This document shows positions 28,898 through 39,300 of a stretch of 64,000 bases of DNA, one piece after another (the stretch's first letter is position 1; each line of letters begins with the position of its first letter). Origin of the DNA: Eledone cirrhosa (Eukaryota); NCBI GenBank assembly GCA_964016885.1, contig OZ024763.1:18476001-18540000 (forward strand), in the 5' to 3' direction. The translations under genes were made by a program, and so were the position numbers. The notes beneath the pieces were generated by a model. It worked only from the letters and a program-made list of their open reading frames with translations. It had not been told where the DNA came from and did no database searches.

Positions 28898-31800
28898 TGG
28901 CTGCCAACTCGATTTCGAGTACGGCCACTACTTTATATCCATGTAGGAGAACCCCTACCGATGCGCTGAATGAGTGTGACTTTTTAGTCCAGCCAGCGAC
29001 TTGAAAACTCTGGTACAAACACTACACTTGTGACAATTATTGACACATAGTGCTGGGCCCATGGTACCATGTGACGACAAGTGCAGAGAGATCTCCAGAT
29101 ATAAAGCAATGCCATGAAGCTTTTATAGTGAGCAAAGGCACTGCACAAAGCCAGTCCCACTCTCTTAACCAAGATGATATTTACCAAAAAGAAGAACAAG
29201 TCAACATCATTGGATACCATCAGGGTTGCAGGTGTTATATCAGAGTTTTCCTTCTCCTAGAATTCTGCCTTGACAAAGGCTAAGGGGTCATCATATATAA
29301 ACACACACATATTATTATGGTTGATTTAATTTGAATTTTTTTTTCTCTTTTCAATATTTTTCAGCGACCGACATTACCACGTAGCTTTTACCATTCGACA
29401 GACATGGAACCACCGGCTGAGCAGATACTTATTGATGATGACGATGATGATGATGATGTGGAAAGGGAAGAGGATGACGATGATGTGAGGGAGATAGAAG
29501 AGGATGATGGCGGTGGCAAATTTGTTAAAGTTGCTCATGTTGAAGTGCAAGAAGAGGAGGAGGAGGATATTAAAGCAAGTGCAATGCGAGGTGAAACTGA
29601 TGAGGATGTTCTGGAGGCTGTGCGGGAGGAAGAGGAAGACATTGATGTCGACGAAGGTGAGCACATTACCATGGAGCCTGGAATGAGGTCGGATGCAGTG
29701 AGCCAGCCTGTCCCCCAGCAACCTGTAGAAGAGAAAGTGACCCAATTTAACCTCCTGGAGGCTGAGACACAAGAAACAACTCACACCGACGTCCTCCGGG
29801 AAGTTGAGACACAAGAAACGACCCACTCCGACGTCTTCCGGGAAGTTGAGACACAAGAAACGACCCACTCCGACGTCCTCCGGGAAGTTGAGACACAAGA
29901 AACGACCCACTCCGACGTCCTCCGGGAAGTTGAGACACAAGAAACGACCCACTCCGACGTCTTCCGGGAAGTTGAGACACAAGAAACGACCCACTCCGAC
30001 GTCTTCCGGGAAGTTGAGACACAAGAAACGACCCACTCCGACGTCTTCCGGGAAGTTGAGACACAAGAAACGACCCACTCCGACGTCTTCCGGGAAGTTG
30101 AGACACAAGAAACGACCCACTCCGACGTCTTCCGGGAAGTTGAGACACAAGAAACGACCCACTCCGACGTCTTCCGGGAAGTTGAGACACAAGAAACGAC
30201 CCACTCCGACGTCTTCCGGGAAGCCGAGACACTAGAAGCCACCCAGTCCATTGTCCTGCAGGAAGCAGGACCACAAGAAGTGCCCCAGTCTGTGGTCCTC
30301 CAAGAAGCAGGTTCTCAAGAGGTGCCTCAGTCTGTGGTGCTCCAAGACGCAGGGCCAACACAAGATGTAACACAGGCAGGCGTCCCAGTTCTTCAAGAAG
30401 AACAGCAGGAGTTTGGGGACGAGGGCGTTGATGAGGGTGATCTCTCGGGCCATCCGGGGGTCACGGATGTTACTTCATCTCTCGCCTGTGTCCCATCACA
30501 AGAGCAGCCACCCGAGACTGCTTCCACAGACCAACCAATGGACACTCAATTCACCGATGACGACCACCACGATGGACGTACTGACCGTTCACCCGATGAC
30601 GCTGGCATGGAGGTTAGAGTCCCCCACATTGGGGAGCGTGTCTCCGGCCCGGAGGGAGATGATGGCGTAACACAGGATCTTTCCGCTTCAACAGAGCCAT
30701 TCTCCGAATACATCGAGTCGTTTGCCATGTCGGATTATTCTGCCATTTCATCAAGGTCAAGGAGGTTGGATCAAACGACGGCCACTCAATTCGCCAGCGA
30801 TGTCCACCGTGATGAAAGCCATCATGCTGACCACTTACCCGATGGCACAGGCACGGAGGCTAGAGCTCCTCGCATTGAAGACAATGTCGCTGGCACAGCG
30901 AGAGACGATGGCGCGACAAAGGACCTTTCCACTACCTCAGAACCTTTCACCGAACACATTGAGTCGTTTAATCTGACGGAAGACTTTTCCGTCGTTTCAA
31001 CGAGGTCAATGTCAAAGAGAAAGGAGCAAACGATGACCACTGAAACTGACCGTTTACCCGAAGACCCGGGCGTGGAGGTTAGAGCTCCCCCTCACAGCGA
31101 GGACAATGTTGCTGACACGACACAGAACCTTTCCACTGCCGCAGAGCCCTTCACTGAGCACATCGAGTCGTTTACTCTGTCAGACCTTTCCGTCATTTCA
31201 ACAAGGCCAATATCAAGAAGACAAACAGACCAATCGACAGTCAAAGCTGAGCCAATGGTAAGATTGATTTTTTATTCTTTCTTCTTTCTCTATTGAGGCC
31301 ATTAGCACATAACATCCCCATAAAATATGAAGCAACAAATATTTTATTACTAGGTAGAGCCTAGGATTATGGTAGCTCTACATTACTAGGTACAGCGGGA
31401 GCTATTGTAGCCCTGTATTATTAGTTACAGATTATGTTAGAGGGAGTTATGATAGCTCTGTATTACTAGGTACAATGTAAGAAGCAGCTAGGGTGCCCTT
31501 GTATTACTAGGTACAATGTAAGAAGCAGCTAGGGTGCCCTTGTATTACTAGGTACAATGTAAGAAGCAGCTAGGGTGCCCTTGTATTACTAGGTACAATG
31601 TAAGAAGCAGCTAGGGTGCCCTTGTATTACTAGGTACAATGTAAGAAGCAGCTAGGGTGCCCTTGTATTACTAGGTACAATGTAAAAAGCAGCTAGGGTG
31701 CCCTTGTATTACTAGGTACAATGTAAGAAGCAGCTAGGGTGCCCTTGTATTACTAGGTACAATGTAAGAAGCAGCTAGGGTGCCCTTGTATTACTAGGTA

Positions 31801-34800
31801 CAATGTAAGAAGCAGCTAGGGTGCCCTTGTATTACTAGGTACAATGTAAGAGGGATTTATGGTAGTCTTGTATTAATAGGTACAGGGAGAGTTATTGTAG
31901 TCCTATATTACTAGGTACAGACTGTGTAAGAGGGTACTGTGGTAGCCCTGTTTTACTAGGTAAAGAGGGAGCTATTGTAGCCCTGTATTTCTAGGTAAAG
32001 AGGGGGCTATTGTAGCCCTGTATTACTAGGTACAGAGGGGGCTATTGTAGCCCTGTATTACTAGGTACAGAGGGAGCTATGGTAGTCTTGTATTACTAGG
32101 TAAAGAGGGAGCTATGGTAGTCTTGTATTACTAGGTAAAGAGGGGGCTATTGTAGTCTTGTATTACTAGGTAAAGAGGGGGCTATGGTAGCCCTGTATTA
32201 CTAGGTACAGAGGGAGCTATTGTAGCCCTGTATTACTAGGTACAGAGGGAGCTATTGTAGCCCCGTATTACTAGGTAAAGAGGGGGCTATTGTAGCCCTG
32301 TATTACTAGGTACAGAGGGGGCTATGGTAGCCCTGTATTACTAGGTAAAGAGGGGGCTATGGTAGCCCTGTATTACTAGGTACAGAGGGGGCTATTGTAG
32401 TCTTGTATTACTAGGTACAGAGGGAGCTATTGTAGTCTTGTATTACTAGGTAAAGAGGGGGCTATTGTAGTCTTGTATTACTAGGTACAGAGGGGGCTAT
32501 GGTAGCCCTGTATTACTAGGTACAGAGGGGGCTATGGTAGCCCTGTTTTACTAGGTACAGAGGGAGCTATGGTAGTCTTGTATTACTAGGTACAGAAGGG
32601 GCTATGGTAGCCCTGTATTACTAGGTAAAGAGGGAGCTATTGTAGCCCTGTATTACTAGGTAAAGAGGGGGCTATTGTAGCCCTGTATTACTAGGTACAG
32701 AGGGGGCTATGGTAGCCCTGTATTACTAGGTAAAGAGGGGGCTATGGTAGCCCTGTATTACTAGGTAAAGAGGGAGCTATGGTAGCCCTGTTTTACTAGG
32801 TAAAGAGGGGGCTATTGTAGCCCTGTATTACTAGGTACAGAGGGGGCTATGGTAGCCCTGTTTTACTAGGTAAAGAGGGGGCTATGGTAGCCTGTATTAC
32901 TAGGTAAAGAGGGGGCTATGGTAGCCCTGTATTACTAGGTAAAGAGGGGGCTATGGTAGCCCTGTATTACTAGGTAAAGAGGGGGCTATTGTAGCCCTGT
33001 ATTACTAGGTACAGAGGGGGCTATGATAGCCCTGTTTTACTAGGTAAAGAGGGGGCTATGGTAGCCCTGTTTTACTAGGTACAGAGGGAGCTATGGTAGC
33101 CCTGTTTTACTAGGTAAAGAGGGGGCTATGGTAGCCCTGTATTACTAGGTACAGAGGGAGCTATTGTAGCCCTGTTTTACTAGGTACAGAGGGAGCTATT
33201 GTAGCCCTGTATTACTAGGTAAAGAGGGGGCTATGGTAGCCCTGTATTACTAGGTAAAGAGGGGGCTATGGTAGCCCTGTATTACTAGGTAAAGAGGGAG
33301 CTATTGTAGCCCTGTATTACTAGGTAAAGAGGGAGCTATTGTAGCCCTATATTACTAGGTAAAGAGGGAGCTATTGTAGCCCTGTATTACTAGGTACAGA
33401 GGGAGCTATTGTAGCCCTGTTTTACTAGGTAAAGAGGAGGCTATGGTACAACTATATTCTAAGTACAAATTATTAGAGGGAACTATGATGACCCTGTATT
33501 ACTAGGTCCAGACATTAAAAGGGAGCTATGGTAGCTGGGTTCTGACTTGCAAAAGGTTGAGAGTATCCCCATTTCAAGGGCTCAAGGTACGGTGTCTCAA
33601 TACATGTCCCCTAACAACTCTATCAGGAATTAAATGGCCGTTAAACCCTTTTGTTACCTCATTTCTAGTGAAATCCACACCATATGATGATCAAGAATTT
33701 AGTGAGGTTTAGTAATGTGGTGGATTGGCAGTAATTGGTAGAGCATCGGACACCATACTTTGACTGTCGATTGGTCAGTTTGTATATAGTTATGATGTTT
33801 TACATTCTGCATTTGAAACCTGCTGAGGTTAGCTTTGCCTTTCATCCTTACAGGGTTGAGAAAATAAAGTACCAGTATCACACTGGGGTCGATTTAACCC
33901 TTTACCATATACATTACATTTTCATGGTAAAGGCTTTACCTCACATAATATCGAACTATGAGATTTTGGTATTTTTTATTTTGAGAACAATACCTTAACA
34001 TCAGTATGAGTGGCCAGTTACAGCTGGTTTGAACAGAAGGAGGTGAGAGAATTCTGGCTGGATACGGCTAGTTTAAATGCTAAAGGGTTAATCGACTTTG
34101 AGAACAGATAGAGTAGCTTCTTGGGTTTCCTACTACTTGCACAACCCAAACCCTTCAGGGTGTCCCACAGGAGGACTAACATATATTAGTAGTATTACTA
34201 ACTTTATCATTTTTATTAACCTTTTCACATAAAAGAAAAAAAACTGTCTGAAACCACTTTGGGGTTTATAATATGAAACAGTGACGGTGATAAATTTGTT
34301 TTGCAAGGTTTTTGATATGAAATAGTGTGTTGAAACAAATGTTATATTTGGGGAGGGTCATGTTGTTATGATATTGCCAGAAATATATAGTAAAACACAC
34401 TCAGTTTGGGTCAGTTTTCGTTTCAGTCATCATTTCATCATTCATTTCATTTTACGTCCCCTTATCCCTGCTTGCAAGGGTGGGACGGGAACTGATTCTG
34501 GCTTGATTTCTACAGCTGGATGCCCTTCCTAACACCAACCCCATTTACAGTGAGTGCTGGGTGCTTTTTTGCCGTGGCACCTCCACGACCACTTTGCAGT
34601 GGAATGATAGGGACCCCAGTCCCTATCATCTCATTTCTACAGCTGAGTAAACTGGAGCAATGTGAAATAAAGTGTCTTGCTCAAGGAAACAACACATCAC
34701 CCGGTCTGAGAATTGAACTCACAACTTTTCGATTGCAAGGCCAATGCTCTAACCACTAAGCCATGTGCCTTCATGTATATTTTATATTTCTATAATCAAT

Positions 34801-36350
34801 TCAGCTGTTTGTTTTAAAGTGTTTATATTTGATTAAAACTCTTCCATCATATATTTTATGTAAGAAACTTTGTTAGGTTATGTTCCAAACACCAGATAAG
34901 AAAGCTATTTTACGAATTCACTCGAAAATTAGTGTTTGTAATGGATTAATGGATTTGTTTTTTGTTTGGTTTGTTTACAGGATGTGACGAGTGTGCCACT
35001 AGAAGAGAGTGCCCTGGAGCCAGAGGTGAGTGGGATGGCACCAGAAGAGAGCAGAATGGTAGCGGAAGAGAGTGCCGTAGTGCCAGAAGAGAGAGGCATG
35101 GCGGCGGAAGAAGAGAGTGCCATGGTGCCAGAAGAGAGCGTAATGGCACCGGAAGAGAGCATTGTGTCACCAGAAGAGGGTGGAGTGCCACCGGAAGAGA
35201 GCATTGTATCACCAGAAGAGGGTGGGGTGCCACCGGAAGAGAGCATTGTGCCACCAGAAGAGGGTGGGGTGCCACCGGAAGAAAACATTGTGCCACCAGA
35301 AGAGAGTGCTGTAGTGCCTGAAGAGTGTGAAATGATGACAGAAGAGGGCATTGTGCCTCCAGAAGAGAGTGTAATGATGGCAGAGGAGGGCGGTGTGCCA
35401 CCGGAAGAGGGTGCCATGGTGCCGCAAGCGGGTGGTGTGCCAGGAGAGCAGAACAAAAGAGTGTCCGAAGAGAGTGCAGTGCCGGCAGATGTTGTGACTC
35501 ACGTGCCACCCCCGGAAGAAAGCGTTGTTGCCATAACGTCTGATCTCCAGCCAGAGGTGACAACCACAGCCACACCTGCACCGATGATGGAGTCGATGGC
35601 CAGTGAAGCCTTACCCGAGTCATCTATTAACGAGGTAGGAATTTAATTAAAATTATCGTATTTCCCGGCGTCGAAGAAGCTACATTTTTCCTTAAATAAG
35701 TCCCCAAAATCTACCGTGTGTCCTGGTGGCCGAAGGTTGTTTGTTATTTTTTTTTTCCAGGGCGGTGGATTGGGGAGTATCGGTAGAAGGCCGGATGCCA
35801 GGCTTTGCAGCATGGAGTTACGGCCATTTATGGTCTGAGTTTAAATCCCGCCGAGGTTAACTTTGCCTTTCATCCTTACGGGGGTCGATAAAATTAAAGT
35901 ACCAGTAATACACTGGGATAATTGCTGGCCTTGTGCCAAAAGTAGAAACAATTTTTTTTTTTTTTTTTTTTTGCTTGTCAATATTAGGGTGTTTTCTCGA
36001 GGACGTAGCGTCTTCGGCGGTGGGGAATATGGTAATTGCTGTTAAGATGTGGAAGGTAATGTAATGGCTGCTATTTCTAGCATGTTGACTGAACACGTGA
36101 AGCAAGGGTTACCAACCTTTTTTTGAGTATGTGTAACTGTGTGTGTATGACTGTGTGATTGAGAATGTGTATGACTGATTGTGTGTGTGTGTGTGTGTGT
36201 GTGACTATGATTGAGTGTGTGTGTGTGACTATGATTGAGTGTGTGTGTGTGACTATGATTGAGTGTGTGTGTGTGACTATGATTGAGTGTGTGTGTGTGA
36301 CTATGATTGAGTGTGTGTGTATGACTGTGTGATTGAGAATGTGTATGACT

Positions 36351-36381
<31 letters not shown>

Positions 36382-39300
36382 ACTATGATTGAGTGTGTGT
36401 GTATGACTGTGATTGAGAATGTGTATGACTGATTGTGTGTGTGTGTGTGACTATGATTGAGTGTGTGTGTGTGACTATGATTGTGTGTGTGTGACTGATT
36501 GAGTGTGTGTGTGTGTGTGTGTGTGACTATGATTGAGAATGTATGACTGATTGAGTGTGTGTGTGTGTGTGTGACTGATTGAGTGTGTGTGTGTGTGACT
36601 ATGATTGAGAATGTGTATGACTGATTGAGTGTGTGTGTGTGACTGATTGTGTGTGTATGACTGATTGAGAATGTGTATGACTGATTGTGTGACTGATTGA
36701 GTGTGTGTGTGTGACTGATGGAGTGTGTGTGTGTGTGACTGTGATTGAGAATGTGTATGACTGAGTGTGTGTGTGTGTGTACGACTGATTGACAGGAATG
36801 ACCTTGTATTAAAGCAACTAAAGACCCCATCTCGCAGTCATTCATTCTTTTAATGTTTTTTATTTTCTTTCCTTTCAGTCTCTTTCCCAGTTGTCAACAT
36901 CGAGGATGTCTTCAAAGAAAAGGCAGTCCCAGAGCCACAGAAATAGGACGGTGACCCCTAGGAAGTCTTCTGTGAAAAGGAAAACTTCCCGGGTTAAAGA
37001 GCTCAGCGAGGAGACACTAGGGTCAGTAGCAGCTCGTAGGGAAACTGACTCCGCACCACGGACTGCTCCCGCTGTGGAGTTTACACACATTTTGAGGAAG
37101 ACACCGAGCAGAACTGCTGCTATTGCCGCTGCAGTCATTGCAGAAACTGTTGCTAAAGTAGCAGAGTCATCGGAGTCTGCAGAGGAGGAGATGCAGGTGC
37201 AGCAGTCAGTGCCTGCAGCTGCTGCACAGGACAACGAGGAAGAAGATCAGATCCCCAGTCCAGTTACTCTGAGGGTCCTGAGAAGCAGTCGCAAAGCTGA
37301 CCTGACTACCTCCAGGCTCGAGACACCGCCTCCGACACCGACGCGCAAAAGTTCTTCGCATGCCCCGCAAAAGAGCTTCGCCACTCGGTCGTCAGCCCGG
37401 CGGAAGGCATTTGCGGCGGAAGACAGCTCCACCGTTGCGAGTAATGAGTTGGAGGTGGTGGGTACGGCGTTAGGGATATCGTTGCAAGAGAGGCCCGGTC
37501 AGAGAAACACTCAGATGGACTCTGCACCTGAGGAACCGGCTGTGAAACCCGAGGGGGATGAGTCCCTTCTGACCACTGCCACGACCACTACCACCGGTAG
37601 CAGAAAGAAACCATCTCGACACGAGGGGGATGAGTCCCTGCTGACCACTGCCTCCACTACCACCGGTAGCAGAAGGAAACCATCTCGACACGAGGGGGAT
37701 GAGTCCCTTCTGACCACTGCCTCCACTACCACCAGTAGCAGAAGGAAACCATCTCGACACGAGGGGGATGAGTCCCTTCTGACCACTGCCTCCACTACCA
37801 CCGGTAGCAGAAAGAAACCATCTCGACACAAGGGGGATGAGTCCCTTCTGACCACTGCCACCACCACCAGTAGCAGAAAGAAACCATCTCGACACGAGGG
37901 GGATGAATCTCTTCTGACCACTGCCTCCACTACCACCAGTAGCAGAAAGAAACCATCTCGACACGAGGGGGATGAGTCCCTTCTGACCACTGCCTCCACT
38001 ACCACCAGTAGCAGAAGGAAACCATCTCGACACAAGGGGGATGAGTCCCTTCTGACCACTGCCACCACCACCAGTAGCAGAAAGAAACCATCTCGACACA
38101 AGGGGGATGAGTCCCTTCTGACCACTGCCTCCACTACCACCAGTAGCAGAAAGAAACCATCTCGACACGAGGGGGATGAGTCCCTTCTGACCACTGCCTC
38201 CACTACCACCAGTAGCAGAAGGAAACCATCTCGACACAAGGGGGATGAGTCCCTTCTGACCACTGCCTCCACTACCACCAGTAGCAGAAGAAAACCATCT
38301 CGACGCGAGGGGGATGAGTCAATTCTGACTGCAGACTCTACCACGACGGCAACCACCAAGAAACCCTCCCAAAAAGGTTCCAAAACTCGTACAAATCAAC
38401 GTATTTCAAAACAGCAAGATCTTTCAGAATCATATATTGGAACCTCTGTACCAATTCCAGATAATGGTAACCACTTTGCTTATTTGTTTACTGTATATAC
38501 TCAAATATAAGCTGAGGAATATGTGATGAAAAAAAAAAATCTATGGTAAAATGGGAGGTTGGCTTATATACACCATCTAAACCAGAGGTTCTCAAAGTGG
38601 GTTCTACTGCCCCCCAGGGGACGTTGAGAAGGTCCAGGGGGCAGTAGAGATGATATAATAGTACAGGATAGTCCGAAAGTCTTGTCACCCCCTACCAAAA
38701 AGTAATGAGAAACAGTTTATGTTCCCATCGCAGTATCGTCCTCTTTGGAGGAGCTGGTTTGCCGAATCTTGCAGTAAAGTCATGTCGCACATCCTCCATG
38801 CTCTTGCCAGAATGCACACGACCATGTGTCCATACACTTGCAAGCAGTCTTCCTTCCAAACTGTAGGAGCTCTGAAATAGTAATTATTATATATTATAAT
38901 TAATGATATTATTAAAACAAAAAATAATGAAAGTTAAAACATGTGACAAGGGGTGACAAGACTTTTGGACCGCCCTGTACATTAAATATCAAATGATATA
39001 TATTATATATAAATATAGTAAAATAAAAAATATATATTTATTTATTATATATTTACAATTTGCGTGTAGACAGGTCTTTCTGTAAATAGGGTTGAGAGTA
39101 TTACATAGCCGTGAGGGGGGCAGTGGCCCCAAAAGTTTGAGAACCTCTGATCTAAACAATGTGTTGACTAGCTGCCTCAGTTTATAAACAGGGTTTGGAT
39201 TTTCACTTATTTCTCAGGCATAAAATACGGGATTCAGCTTATAAAAGGGTGCTTCAAAAAGTTTGTGGAAAAAAGGACAGTTGGAAAAAACGGTTTAACT

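Noticed and set aside
29374-30373. Long antisense and alternative-frame ORFs over ELYS repeat exons (also 24408, 34929, 37470-38383)
   Set aside because: They are stop-free by-products of in-frame tandem repeats, with no independent splice or start evidence.
24282-38510. Large acidic ORFs as separate single-exon genes
   Set aside because: Splice sites and phases chain them continuously between the ELYS domain exons and the ELYS-like terminal exon.
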